A stretch of 63,504 nt of DNA, filler included, from Chiloscyllium plagiosum (Eukaryota), in the NCBI RefSeq assembly GCF_004010195.1. It is 4 parts of one record of this genome, joined end to end, with 100 filler letters (N's around TTAATTAATTAA, not from the genome) between each part and the next. Parts side by side here need not be neighbours in the genome. Positions count along the whole stretch, not along the records: positions 1 to 28,211 come from NC_057711.1; 3 more parts are not named here. One strand, given 5' to 3'. The stretch's first letter is position 1. Each line of letters starts with the position of its first letter. The notes beneath the pieces are model-generated. The model ran no database searches, was not told where the DNA came from, and saw only the letters and a program-made list of their open reading frames with translations. Below, piece after piece: positions 1 through 13,104 of the stretch. The position numbers were made by a program, and so were the translations under genes.

Positions 1-272
1 ACATACTTATCAAGGACACTCAATCGTTGCTCCTTGAACAAGCTCCACATATCAGTTACGCCCTTGTCTTGAAGCTTACTTTTCCAGGCCACACATCCTA
101 AGTCATGCCTCACCGCATCATAATTTCCCTGCCCCCAGTTATAATTCTTGCCCTGTAGTGCACACTTATCCCTCTCCATCACTAGAGTAAAAGTCACCGA
201 ATTGTGGTCACTGTCCCCAAAGTGCTCACCTACCTCCAATTCTAACACTTGGCCTGGTTCATTACCCAGTAA
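1..272 (-). mobile_element. CR1 LINE ORF2 fragment (end of the APE endonuclease region)
   Basis: Minus-strand translation contains EPGQVLELEVGEHFGDSDHNSVTFTLVMERD, matching the motif in ORFs 27509..28267 and 55160..55915. Confidence 0.85.
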
Positions 273-279
273 TGAACCC

Positions 280-1890
280 AGTACACAAGTCAGAGAAGGA
301 AGGTTTTGCAGTCATCTTTGGTGTGAGAAAATTCCACCAATATCTTTACAGACACTAATTTGTAATAGCCACAGACCACTAACCCCTGCTGGGCAAAGAG
401 AAAAAAAGCCACGACATAAATAGCTTCAAGTCGAATTCAATGATGCGCTCTAATACTAAACTGCATACAAATATAAATTGGAACACTATCTGGGAGGCCA
501 AGATATCTGTGGCTGCCTTCAGCTGTCTCCAACTGGCAGATATACCACCAGTGGTGCTTTCAGTGGAAGCATCTGTTCTGGTTTCAAACTTTGTGGACAT
601 CCTTCCAGACACCGCTGATTTTTTTGCTGTGAATGCAGAAAGATTCGGTCCTGAGAAATCCTAAAACAGTTGGAGGTGATGGGAGAAACAAAACTGCCTT
701 CACAGCCAGATTGAAACCTTTCTGGACCTGCCAGGACCAGTAGAGGATGGCATTTTATTGTAGGGAGCAAGAGTGATTGTCAAGAGTAAATATACCAGAT
801 GCCGGCTGAATTCCACCACGGTCATAGAGGGTGTTCAAAATGAAGGTGTTGGAGAGAGGTCATGTCTGATGGCCAAGACTGGATGCAGACAAAGCCACAT
901 TAGTGGGGAAGTGCCCAGAGAACCAACAAGCACACAAAACAAGCATCTCCCCCACATTCATAGGAATGGCCGAGTAAATCCTGAACCTGGTTACATGTTG
1001 ACTATGCTGGCCCTTTCATGGCATCTTAGTCATTGTGGATGCCTACTCAAAGTGGTTGAACTGTCAAACACTGGGATGATGATAGAAAAGCTGTGAGTGT
1101 CTTTTGCAATGCACAAGCTTCCGGAAATATTGATCACAGACAGCAGACCATAATTTACCAGCAGGGAATTTGAGTATTTCCTAAAGTCGAATGGCATTTT
1201 GGCATGTAAGCACAGCTCCATACTATCCATTGTCCAATGGTCTGGCAGAAAGAGCAGTCAAAACATTGATGGCAGCTTCATTCAATACCAAAACTGCCCC
1301 GGTTCCTGCTTGGTTATCGGATGACCCCTCATGCAACCACAGGTATAGCTCCATCAGAGTTGCTAATAAGGAGAAGACTGCATCATTGGTTAAATCTGAT
1401 CTTTCGAGACCCGGGACACCAATGCTGGACACAACACTCCACTAAGTGAAAGAGACAGTTTACTTCAGGGGATGAATTTTGATGCTGACACCATGGAAAT
1501 TGCTCCACCTGGGCAAGAGGATTGGTCAATGTGAAGTCAGGTACTGTGACAAAGTTTGGCTGGATGTGGGTGGTCCTGAACAAGCACATGGACCACATAA
1601 AAATCTGCAAACGTGCAAACAGGCAGGACCAAAACATACCCTCAGAACAACCAGAAAAGCTGTCAGAACCCACGAATTCTCCCCCTGCACCTATCATCAA
1701 AGAAACCTTGGAGTCTGAGATGGACATGGTAGAAGTTGCAGCCTTGATGTCTTTATGGCCTGAAGAAGAAAATGCTCCAGTACCCACCGCCCGTATCTGA
1801 GTCTGAGATGGAGGAACCAGCCATCATGGTTCCAGGAGAGGTTACTAGATAAAGGACAGGCCCATGTCATTGGACTCAGATGGGGAGGAA
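280..1890 (+). mobile_element. Degraded Ty3/Gypsy pol (RNase H and integrase) ending in a polypurine tract
   Basis: Frameshifted motifs EKEGFAVIFGVRKFHQYL (RNase H), LHVDYAGPF, FTSREFEYFLKSNGI and TAPYYPLSNGLAERAVKT (integrase). Purine tract GGGGAGGAA at 1882-1890. Confidence 0.85.
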
Positions 1891-2070
1891 TGTGATGATT
1901 GTAAAGAGGTCAACCAGGTGGACGTCATAGGACATGAGTTCCCTGATTGGGCTATTAACCCCAATCAGGAAGTAATGGCTGACAAGTATAAATGGGGGTG
2001 TCAGGGTTTCTGCTCACTCTATTAGCTGGCTCTGAGGGTGCTAGATCAGTGTCAAGGACTTTCGTGTAAT
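1891..2070 (+). mobile_element. Gypsy 3' LTR, truncated
   Basis: Starts with TG right after the PPT. Contains CTGATTGG/CCAATCAG CCAAT boxes and TATAAA at ~1987. Resembles the LTR pieces at ~18700 and ~61064. Confidence 0.75.
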
Positions 2071-2873
2071 TGTTGCTACTTTGACTGTGCCTTGCAACTA
2101 TTTTCTAATGGTATTATTGCCTATGCCTGCTTTCCACTGCTGCTTGAACTCCTCTGGGACTGAAAAAGACTTTGATGGGATTCTTGTTGGTACTGCAGGG
2201 GGCCCATTTGGAACATTTGCCAGCACTGAACTTTTCCCTTTTTGTGTACTTTCCTTTCCGTGTGACATGATTGAACCCAATTCAAATCACCAGTAATGGG
2301 GCTGAGCTGGACTTTTGCTTGGGTAGCTGCTGTTTTGGCCGTGGCCCCATCTCCCTTCAGGCACCTGACAAATAACCTGGGGGTTAAAGTTTATCCCCAC
2401 TTTAATATGACTATCCAGGCCTTCATGAAGGTCATGTTGCCTGCCCACTGGCCATTATTGTGACTGCCAAGGTGTATGGCAGGTTGGTATTTTTCCTCCG
2501 GTCCAAGCGAATGGTGCACCTGGTCATAGAGAACTGGGCAGGCTCCATTTATCCATCAATCCCTCTGGAAGTCTTGGCCCAGTGAGTTTCTCCTCCCCAA
2601 TTACAGCTGCTGAGGAAGTGTGGTTACGGTTTGCACCCATCCTACTTGGGCCAAAGAACAGGGCTTGAAACATGAACTTCTTCTGGTGCCAAGTCTTATT
2701 TGCTTGGCCCAAGAAGAGATGACTGAGGGTACTTCCATTGTGTTCCATGAGGGACTGATCTTCAATGCCTACTGGACAGTGGATGGCATACACAGTTTTT
2801 TAGGATTTTCCTGGGGGGATCTACATGTCGGTCCTGGAGGAACATTTCTTGGCCAGACAGCTGTCTTTTTCTT

Positions 2874-3082
2874 TGAGGAGAAAGTGAGGTCTGCAGATGC
2901 TGGAGATCAGAGCTGGAAATGTGTCGCTGGAAAAGCGCAGCAGGTCAGGCAGCATCCAGGGAACAGGATGATCGACGTTTCGGGCATAAGCCCTGAAGAA
3001 GGGCTTATGCCCGAAACGTCGATTCTCCTGTTCCCTGGATGCTGCCTGACCTGCTGCGCTTTTCCAGCAACACATTTCCAGC
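2874..3082. mobile_element. Penelope-like mini insertion: inverted pseudo-LTR palindrome with a hammerhead core
   Basis: ~85 bp inverted arms (about 2910-2994 and 3000-3083). CTGAAGA-A-GGGC-TTAT-GCCC-GAAA-CGTC at 2993-3020. Direct repeat CAGCTGTCTTTTTCTT at 2858-2873 and 3079-3094. Confidence 0.8.
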
Positions 3083-3239
3083 TGTCTTTTTCTTGGCAAA
3101 GGGTGGTCATCATGCTTAAGAAAGGGGACCTTTGTCCACTCAAAAACTCAGTCTCCCTCCTCAGGTCAGAATATGAAATTTTTACCAGAGTTTTGTCATC
3201 TGGTAATTCAGGAGATGAGTGACAGTAATAGGGCTCTCC

Positions 3240-3362
3240 CTCTTTATGGGCATTTAAGCGGGCATTGGATAGGTATATGGAGGATAGTGGGTTAGTATAG
3301 GTTAGGTGGGCTTGGATCAGCGCAACATCGAGGGCTGTATTCTTCTATGTTCTATGTTCTAT
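3240..3362 (+). mobile_element. CR1 3' end
   Basis: GCATTTAAG...TTGGATAGGTATATG followed by a (TTCTATG)n tail. Confidence 0.7.
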
Positions 3363-4309
3363 CTCACCTGGCATCTATGCTGGACCATACGATCAACCCT
3401 GACCAGCCGTACATGGCCCCAGGCTGGAGGATCCATGACAATGCCTATTTGATCTGGGACCTAATCCATTTTTCCCAGAATACGAATGCCTTCCTGTCCC
3501 TTGACCAGGAGAAAGAGTTTGACAGGGTTGACCATGAGTATCAGCGAGCATTCAGGTTTCAAGACACAGTATGTCATCCACAATTGACTTTTGTACATGG
3601 TAGCAGAGTGTCTGATTAAATTAACATGTCCCTGACAGCACCCTTTACTTTGGAAGACCAGTGCATCAGGGCTGCCCCTTGTCTGGCCAGCTGTATTCCC
3701 TGTGCCTCCTTCCTGTACCTCTTGCAGAGAATGTAGTTCAGGATGGGTCTATGCATACTGGGCAAGGAGCTGGTGCTTTTGGCTTACACTGATGACATGT
3801 TTCTCAGGGTTACTGACCTGGCTGATCTGGAGATGCAGCGCGATATACTCAGTGCTGTCTTCTGCCAAGATCAACAGGACCAAATCTTCTGGACACCTGC
3901 TCAGTCTGTGGTGGAAAATATTATTTGCTGGTGGAATTACAGATGCTCAGCTGGGGCAACCCCTCTCCTCCGTCTTCGGGTTGCCCTTAGCCTGGCTAAG
4001 GAATCCTGGCTTAGGCAGGATTGGCAAGAGCTGGAGGCCAAAGTTTCAGCTCGCTAGGTTGTTGGACAGGACTGCTCTGAGTATTATCTTACAAGATTCG
4101 AGTGCTGGTCATAAAACAACTAGTGGCACCCATGTTGGTATCAGCTGGTCCATTTGACCCTGCATTTTGATTTTGTCACAAACATCCAGGGAACGTTGCT
4201 TCACTCCTCCTGAGACAAGTTCTCTATGATTATTATAATAATGTCTTTCTTACATGCCTTTTCTATCTTGAGTTTTTGTCTATCTTCTTGCTATTCATCT
4301 AATTTACTG

Positions 4310-4485
4310 TTAAGGCAACCCCATTCCCTCTGCCCATCTGCATGTCCTTTCGGTAGGATGGTGTATCCTTGCCATGATCCGCTTGTAGCCACGTCTCTTT
4401 CACACCCACAACATTGTACCTGCCAATTTCAATCTGTGCGACAAGCTCATGTACCTCATTTTGCGTATTGTGTGCATTAGAGTAC
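4310..4485 (-). mobile_element. CR1 endonuclease N-terminal fragment
   Basis: LYSNAHNTQNEVHELVAQIEIGRYNVVGVKETWL in ORF 4299..4658. Confidence 0.7.
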
Positions 4486-5118
4486 AATACCCTCTGCCCT
4501 GCATCGACTGTTTCCTTCTCAAGATGTGCAATGCAACTGAAAAATGGCTGGGAAAATGTCCAGGTGAGTGAAGTCAGAGCACAGGATTCATGCTTGCTGG
4601 ATGTTGAACATTGAAGGGGCAAATACCTGAAGCATAGAATTGCACAATGTGACAGCATTTAATTTGCAATTAATTCAAAACCTATGAACAATGTATACAG
4701 AATGGATACATTTTTGGTTCCAACACTTGACAAAGCCAATTTGCACCATCCTTGTAAATTGGATATTTGTATCTCAATGATGTAGATGTTAGTGGTGATG
4801 ATTTAAAATGAGGTGAATGCTAGCCAAAAGTGACACAGAACTGCCAAAACCTTTAAAGGTGTTGTGGAATTCAGAGCTGATAGCGTTCAGTACAGACCAT
4901 TGAGTTACTTACAATATGAATGTTGAGCAATGTTAAGCTTCATGATTGATGTGCATCTGGTTTGGGAAGGGTTCAAAGTGCAGCAGGCATTTCCTTTTTG
5001 ATGTAATATATCAGATGTAATATGTAATCATTCAGCCAGAAGGACAGTTTCACCAAGTTTTTGCATTTGCTAAGTTAAAAGCAGCATGATAAAGACGTTA
5101 CCCTCATTATTAGAATGT

Positions 5119-5909
5119 TGTTATGTCCCACTTCAAGGAGAAGTGTGCTCAGCCTTCATCCACACTGACTGTTCTCCGAGCTATGAACTTATTTTGATCT
5201 TCATGTTCCCATTATGATCATTGTCACCAAATGAGATGTACCCAGCTTCTGGTGGGATGTTGGTCACTATATCTTTAAGACAGTAAAAGAGTAAAAGAGA
5301 GCAAAAACCACCTGACAGCAGCAGGTGTTCTGAAAAAACATGTAACATTTGGTTGAACAAGTCGATTAGCTGGTTGCTTGGATACAAAAGCAAATTTGAA
5401 TTCAGCCAATCAGTTTAAATTATACCCCAAAATATCCACCCCAATCAAGTTTGAATTGAGTATATTGATAATCTTAAAAGCCAATGACACAATCCGATGC
5501 TTTGGGGATATTAGACTAGGGAAAATTGAACTGTTGAAAGGAGAACTGCCAAGTTACCAAATTTAAAGACTGCCTGAAAATAGCTCTCTTAAAGGTACCT
5601 TCATCGATCAGTATCCTGTCAAGCAGAATCCCCAAGAAGAAAACAGGAATACAGAGGAGAACCGAAAGCTGCCTGGTTTTGAGATAAGTTTTGTTTTGTA
5701 AATCTTAATTGGGAATTTTATCAGACTAGTATTGTGAAAGGGGAAGGTAGAAGATACGTTCGAGGAAGGGGTTGTTATTAGTTGTTCTCTGTTCCTTTTA
5801 CTTCAACTAGTTCTTGTCCTATCGAATTTTCACAGATTGCTGCAAAGGATAAATCTTTTCTGTGTTGCTGGGTAAAAATAAGCAGGAGGGTTTACCTCGT
5901 GTTGTAACA
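5119..5909 (+). mobile_element. Possible solo LTR
   Basis: Bounded by TGTTAT...GTAACA and contains several CCAAT boxes. No TSD found; the left boundary is uncertain. Confidence 0.35.
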
Positions 5910-6619
5910 ACAACAATCCAAGATATGAGAAAATTAGGGTTGACAGCAATCCCAGAAACAACAGCAGGCTGCCAATGCTGAACAGTATCCAACTCAGGTA
6001 GAGTTGCGGCTGTGGGGTGTCTCAAAATGCAAAAAGGATGAGTGAGGTTCAGTGTTGACACAGGCTTCATATGTCCTGGGAAACAGCGAAGGAACTATGT
6101 CAGCTGTTACAGCGAGAGCTGCGTGTTGAAGGAGTGGGAGATCATTCTCTCCTGCTAGCTGCTGACTACATGGAACTTCTATGTAAATGGATTTTTGCAG
6201 GTAACAACAGGAAATATATGGGATAATTCAGTCATGCACCTACAAATGGTTAATGACTGGTGCCATCTGTAAACCACACTGATTTATTTCACTCATCCAA
6301 CTGGTCAGTGCTGTAACTCGGACACTAAGGTTTCAGAGCATAGCTGTCTTCCCGCATGTACAGGGTGCCATCGACCTTACAAACATGGCTCTGAGAGGGC
6401 TGTATCACAATGTTCCAGAATTCATCAAAGGAAGGGGTTACATTCAATTAGGAACAGGTAACCACAACTTCAAGTTCCACTTACTGCAGATGTATGCCCA
6501 CTACCTCTGTTTATAAAACAGGTAGCATCTTAGTAAACCTCTTCTATGTCTTCACCAAAGCTTCCATATTGTTCCTGTAATGTAATGACTAGAATTGAAC
6601 AGTCAGCAGATGGAACAAC

Positions 6620-7875
6620 TTCAGCTAATCACCAGTCCTCCACGACCTCTCCAGTGGCTAGCAAGGATACAAAGATCTTGGTCATGGCCCCAACAATCTC
6701 CTCTCTTGCCTCTCTCAATAGCCTTGAGTGATACCATTGGGCGAAGAGGACTTTGCTCTTCAAGAGCCCAAATATCACTTCTTTCTTGATCTCAAAATGC
6801 CCTAGCGTTTTAGCATGCTCCACACAAATCTCACTGTCTACCATGTCGTTCTCCTGGGTGAATACTGAAAGAAAGTACTCATTTAGGATCTCACCTGCAT
6901 CCTCTGCCTCCAAGCACAAGTTCCCTCCTTTACCCATGAGTGGTCCTACCCTCTTCCTAGTTATTCTCTTGATTTTAGCATATGCATAGAATGCTTTGGG
7001 ATTCTCCTTACCCTACTTGCCAAGGTAATTTAGTGGCCTCTTCTTGCTCTTCTCATTCCCTGCTTGAGTTCTTTCTTGCATTCTTTACATTCCTCATGGG
7101 TCCTGTCCAATGTTAGCTTCCTAAACTGTATGTACGCTTCTGATTTTCCTTTTAACTAAATTAACAATCTCCCTTGTTATCCAAGGGTCCTTTAACTTGC
7201 CATTCGTGCCCTTCCTCCTTACTGGATCATGCTAGTCCTGAACTCTGATCACTAGGTCATTAAACAACTCCCAAAAGTCAAATGTGGACTCAATTATCTG
7301 CTCTCAATTAACCCTCCCTGATGTCTGTCTAATATTGGCATAATTTGTCTTCCCCAATTTAATACCTTCCTGCAAGGTATCATTATTCATAGCTTCCTTA
7401 AAATGTAAGGAGTTGTGATCCCTGTTTCCAAACAATCTCTCCTGCTGAAAGATCAGTCACCGGCCAGATTCATTAGCTAATACAAGGTCCAGAATGGTCC
7501 CTCCTCTAACTGAACTGTCCACATATTGTTTCAATAAATCCTTTGAGGTAGCTAACAAATTCTGCCTTGTCTAAGCCTCTTGTTCTGAGAAAGTGCCAGT
7601 CAATATTGGGGAAGTTAAAATCATCATATATGACAACCCTGTTGTTATTGCATCGTCCATAATCTGCCTACACATTTGTTCCCCAATGTCTAGTGCCTTT
7701 TTTGGGGGTGGGGCTACAGTATAATCGCATCAGAATGATTGCACCCTGCCTACTTTTGAGCTCTACCTATATTGCCTAAGTGGATCAGCCGTCCAATATG
7801 TTCTCTCTGAGTGCAAATGTGACACTCTCCACCTCTTTTACCTCCTTCCCTATCTTGTCTAAAGCAATAAAACCC
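6620..7875 (-). mobile_element. CR1 ORF2 fragment, decayed
   Basis: GEILNEYFLSVFTQE, LLREAREEI and DFNFPNIDW motifs on the minus strand. Confidence 0.85.
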
Positions 7876-7899
7876 TGGAAAGTTGAGCATTCAGTCCTG

Positions 7900-8312
7900 T
7901 TGATCCCATTAACCTCAAGGGCCATGCCCAGCTCCCTCTTGAACATATCTGATGAACTGGCCCCAATAGTTTCCTCTGGGAGAGAATTCCACAGGTTCAC
8001 AACTCTGAGTGAAGAAATTCTTCCTTATCTCAGTTCTGAACGGCTAACCCCTTATTTGAAGACTGTGACCCCTTGTTCTGGACTTCCCCAATGCTGGGAA
8101 CATTCTTCCCACATCTAGTCTGTTCTGTCCCATCAGAATTTTATATGCTTCTATGAAATCCCACCTCAATCTTCTAAATTCCAGTGAATTCAAGCCTATT
8201 TGATCCAGTCTTTCAGTCCTGCCAGCCTGGGAATCAGTCTGGTGAGCCTTCGCCGGACTCCCTCAGTAGCAAGAATGTCCTTCCTCAGACTAGGAGACCA
8301 AAACTGCACACA
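7900..8312 (-). mobile_element. CR1 ORF2 C-terminal fragment
   Basis: NLWNSLPEE and CVQFWSPSLRKDI motifs. Confidence 0.75.
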
Positions 8313-9405
8313 GGTAAGGTTCAACTCAACAGAATACTGGCTTAGATTTGCAAGTCTGCACACCACTGCACTTTAGATCTAACTTCTCTTCTTCATATAT
8401 CATAAAGTCAACTTTTTGCTGACAACTATTTGCTCATTCTTTTCGGGAAGGAATGATATTCTTTTCTTTATGTTCACTTGTTCTGCTACTGAATGAGTTC
8501 ACAGTGCTTTTATTTTCAATATGTTACAACAGTAGAATTGGAAAATACTGATGATGGCTTGCTTTTTTGCAGTGAGCTTTGTTGTTGAATGAGTTTCTAA
8601 AGCACCATTCACATCAATGAGATTAGTTAGTGAACATACAAGACGTCAGCAAGAGCAAATGACATCTTTATTTTGAAACTGTAAGCCAGAATGGACTAAA
8701 CCAAAGTCACTCGGGAATGAAGAACATGTACAAAATTGTATACATTATAAAAATATGTTAAATCAAACTTTCAGTTAAGTAACTGACAAAATTTTTTGTC
8801 TAAATATGAATGATAAATTATATTTCAATTAATGGCTTGCTATGGCAGCACTAAGGGATGACAACTTGCACACCCTTTTACATAATATTGACCACATACA
8901 GCTTAGATGACTAGTACTGGCATGCTGGAATGCATTCAGATCAGTCATAACAACATATTCCAAAGGTAGGCATGCCACAGTTTCCAGCTAATTCATTCAA
9001 GTAATTACTATTCCACCCAATCATATTTCAAAAATACTTTGATATCTTGGTGTCAGACATTCTGGCACAATTTGTACTGCACTACTCCTTTAATATTTCT
9101 CTGTCCTTACATAGATGCTTCATAGATTCCCAGAAGCTTGAACTTATCAAAGTATTCTGGGTTCTGATGATTTTGCACTGAAATACTATATTTAAAACTC
9201 CATAAAATATCCCTAGACTCACTTCACAGAGTATGTTCTTGAGTCAAGGCAAGTTCTTGTGTACTGAAAAGAAATCGATTTTTAAAAGTCACCAAATCAT
9301 GCACAATTAACTTTATAAAACAGTGCAATATTAGTACAGTACATCGTATAGGAATGGAATGAGGGGAAAAAAAAGTAATCCAGAGCAAGATATTGACTTT
9401 CTCAC

Positions 9406-9545
9406 GTTGAAGAGTGTAAGCCACCTTATTGAACATAATTTTTTCTGGTGCTTGTTCAAACAGTTCACAATATTGACAGAGGCAATTTGCACTCTTCCAT
9501 ACCTCAACCATCCCCTCCGCTCCATACCTCAGGTATAGGTAACAC
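9406..9545 (-). pseudogene. Candidate exon of a minus-strand host locus
   Basis: Acceptor cttcttttttaaaaag|GTGTT and possible donor CAAC|gtgaga. One frame reads CYLYLRYGAEGMVEVWKSANCLC. No repeat motifs recognised. Confidence 0.35.
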
Positions 9546-10109
9546 CTTTTTAAAAAAGAAGTCTGATATTCACCCAAAGAATGGCAGATAAAGGTCCACA
9601 AAACTGTACAGAAATTGATATATATTTCATTCCGAGGTGCTGGCAGGTCTGGAAATTAAGAATTCAGGCATTTATTCCCTATATCAACAGTTGCAGTACA
9701 AAGGGAGATATGAAACATTAGCATATCACTGTATTATCAGTGTGACTGGCCTGGTTTTTTCATGGGAAAAATGCATTTTGTTTTAAAATCAGTTTATATA
9801 AAATTTAGAAGTTTGCTGAATTGCACATCAGAGAAAAATGCCAGTTAAAAGTTTTAGTTAATTTCATGGGGAGTTTTAAAAAATGAATAAATGTAGAAGT
9901 ACATAGGCATCTTGGATAAGAGAAATGACAACTGGGAAGGAAAGAGACAGGCATTTGGCAAAACTGGCATTCTGGCTGGAAATATGTCAGCAATAATATT
10001 ATCATTCTGTTTCAACAGACACTTTGACATCAGAATGCCACTGGACTGACCTACAGTACATGCAGTCAGCTACAGTGCTGACTTTCTTACAGTGAGCACA
10101 ATTACATAC

Positions 10110-10153
10110 TTGTATTTTCAGGTTCCAGACCTTCAGACATCCTTATCAACAGA
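10110..10153 (-). pseudogene. Candidate 44-nt exon
   Basis: Long polypyrimidine tract ending gtttgtaatttcag| and donor AA|gtatgt. Frames give LLIRMSEGLEPENT or GCLKVWNLKIQ. Confidence 0.5.
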
Positions 10154-11204
10154 CTGAAATTACAAACAAATAAAAAGGCAACAAAACAAAAGAAAGAAAA
10201 ACTACTGTATGAATGGAAAATGATAATCAAATTCACGAATACATGATAATTCTTTGCTCTGGCACTCATTGACCTTGTAGAGAAGAATAAGCTAAAATTC
10301 CATTTGTATTCTTTTAAAAAAATATGAAGAGCTGTAACTGCAGCACAGGCCAAATCCATGCAAGCCATTGGGCAGTGCAGGACTAGCCCAGTTAATAACA
10401 GCGTCAGAGTGGAACATCAGTCTCAACCGAACGGCTACAGAAATGAGTGATGGGTTGTTGTTAGGCCTTTCTCATCATGAAGAACTCATAGAAACAGTCA
10501 CCAAAGGGTTAAAACGAAGATGAGTGTAGCAAACATATGAACTCAGAAGAATCTGTGGAAAATAAATCACATATTCTGTTACAATATATACAACTTATTG
10601 GGTTTTAGGCAGACTAGCAGCATCACAATGATGTCACAGCAATGAAAACTTGCATTTATTAAGCACCTTAAATGCAGAAAACATGCAGCAAGGCACTTCA
10701 CAAATTGTGATCAGACTAAACTAGAACCTGAGGTACCTCTGAGTCAGAGAAAGTAAGCAAAAGCTTGTACGAAGAGGTAGGTTCTGAGAATTGTCTAAGA
10801 GGGGAGTTCAGAGAGATGATGTTTATTGATTGTGAGACCTAAACACCTGATTGTATGGTCAACAACGGTTCAGTGAAGATGTGCAGACTGAGGGACACAC
10901 AACAAACTGGATTTGCAGGAATGCTTGTTGGAGTGGGTGGGAGCTGATTGGTATAGGAGTAGGGATGGTCAACAACATGAAAGGGATGTAAAGACATTTG
11001 TGAGAATTTTAACTTAAAGACATTTGGGGATTTGAATCTAAAGGACATCCACAAGTATGAATATGATGGTAATTTCATTTATTGCAGGGTAAGAAATGGA
11101 CACCACTTTAAGATAAACTGAAGTTGTTCATTTGAATAGTTTGATTTGAAGGTGAAAAAGGCATGAATGAGATTGTTCGAGAATGTAGAACAAAGATGGG
11201 CTCC

Positions 11205-12265
11205 CTTAGGATCAATAATGTCCTTCCTCAGACTAGGAGACCAAAACTGCACACAATACTCAGGGTACGGCCTCATCAAGGCTCTGTATAACTGATTAAT
11301 ACTCAAATCCTCTCGCTATGAAGGCAGCATGTCATTAGCTTTCCTCATCGCTTGCTGTACCTGCATGCCAACCTTCAGTGACTGTTTCACCATGACATCC
11401 CAGTCTTTTTGCATCTCATCTTTTCCTAAACTGCCACCACTCAGATAATAATCTTCCCTTTTGCTTTTGTGACCAAAGTGGATAACCTCACACTTATCCA
11501 CATTATATTGCATTTGCCAAGTGTTTGCCAGTCTGTCCAAGAGGCGGCAGCCTCTTAGCATCCTCCTTACAGCACACACTGCCACCCAGCTTAGTGTCAT
11601 TGGCAAATTTTGAGATATTACATTCACTTCCTTTGTCCAAATTTTATATATATATTGTGAATAGCTGGGGTCCCAGCACTGAACCCCACTCATCACTACC
11701 TGCTACTCTCTACTTCCTGCCTGCCATCCAGTTCTCTATCAATGCCAATATCATCAGCTTTAAATTTTCCTTCCTAGTCTTGTGTAGAGCATTATTAAAA
11801 GCCTTTTGAAAGTCCAGATAACAACATCTACTGATTCACCATTGTTCATTCTACTAATCACAACCTCAAAAAAGTCCAGAAAATTTGTCAAGAATAATTT
11901 CCCTTTCGTAAATCCACGTTGACTTAGACCAATTCTGTCAGTGCTTTCCTGATGCTATTACTTCCTTAGTAATTGACTCCAACATCTTCCCCACATCAGG
12001 CTAAACAGCCAAGAATTCCCTGTTTTTTCTTCCCTGCTTTATTAAAAAAAGTGGGGTTACATTAGTTACACTCCAGTCTATTGGAACCCTTCCAGAGTAA
12101 AGAGAATACTTCCTGAAGTAGCCTGGGATGCAGAGCATCAGGCCCTGGGGATTTATTGGGATTTAACAATAAATTAAATTATTATTAAATTTATTGGAAA
12201 TTTCAATACCATTTCCTGACTAATAAGGATTTCCTTCAGCTCTTCCTTCATGCTTGACACTCTGT
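11205..12265 (-). mobile_element. CR1 reverse transcriptase fragment
   Basis: WQMQYNVDKCEVIHFG and RPYPEYCVQFWSP motifs. Confidence 0.85.
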
Positions 12266-12599
12266 CCCTTGGCATTAGCATGGTGATAGTGCCTCACAAA
12301 ATGATAGAAGGCATTTGTGGGACTTCTTTTCCACAAGGAGCATGTTATCGTCACTCTTATTGATACCACCATATACAGATGCATTTGCAACTGGCAGACT
12401 GGAAAGATTTCTCACTCTAATTTCAGTCTGTGCGGCAGAGGTTTAAAGTGGAAGGGGGAATGTTTAAAGGAGATATGTGAGGCAAGATTTTTTTGTACAT
12501 GAGTATTTTCTATTCACTTGTGGTGTTGATGGCTAAACTGTTTCAGTGTTCCACCTGACAATGTGGAAAACTGCCCAGCTATGTTCTGCACACAAAAAA

Positions 12600-13100
12600 A
12601 ATGGGACAAATCAATCCAGCCAACTTCCACCTCATCAGTCCACTCACGATTATTATTAAAGTTGATAACCTGCTCAATGATGCCTAGTTTGAGCACCTGA
12701 TCTCATTATAGCTTGGTTTAAACAGCTTGGACAAAAGAGGTGAATTCGAGAGGTGAGGTGAGAATGACTCCCCTTGACACCAAGGCGACATTCAGCTGAG
12801 TGTGGCATCAAGAAGCCTTGGCAAAACTGGAATCAATTCATATAAGGGGGCATCACTCTGTTGGTTGGAGTCATATCTGGCACATAGGAAGTTGATTGTG
12901 GTGATTGAAGATCAGTCATCTCAGCTCCAGAGAATCTCTGTAGGGGTTCCTCAAAGTAGTGTCCTAGGCCCAACCACCTTTAGCTGACCTTCCCTCCAAG
13001 ATCAAGTCAGAAATACAGATTTTTGCTAATGATTACACAATACTCAGCAGCACTCATGACTCCTCAGATACTGAAGCAGTCCATGTTCAAATGCAACAAT
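12600..13100 (+). mobile_element. Older LINE RT fragment, left part (continues at 15581)
   Basis: GVPQSSVLGPTTFS followed by an FANDY remnant of the FADD motif. Ends at QMQQ. Confidence 0.65.
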
Positions 13101-13104
13101 AATG

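Larger units (their letters stand above)
2790..4215 (+). mobile_element. Tx1/L1-clade LINE ORF2 reverse transcriptase, decayed and interrupted
   Basis: Motifs LSFSWQRVVIMLKKGDL, PDQPYMAPGWRIHDN, FLSLDQEKEFDRVDHEY, HQGCPLSGQLYS and LLAYTDD, spread across frames. Confidence 0.8.

Noticed and set aside
2620..3222. 200-aa ORF
   Set aside because: Runs across unrelated pieces: unknown sequence, the Penelope palindrome and Tx1 RT.
4524..4563. Plus-strand 40-nt exon with CAG|gtgagt donor
   Set aside because: Isolated, with no partner exon or recognisable peptide.
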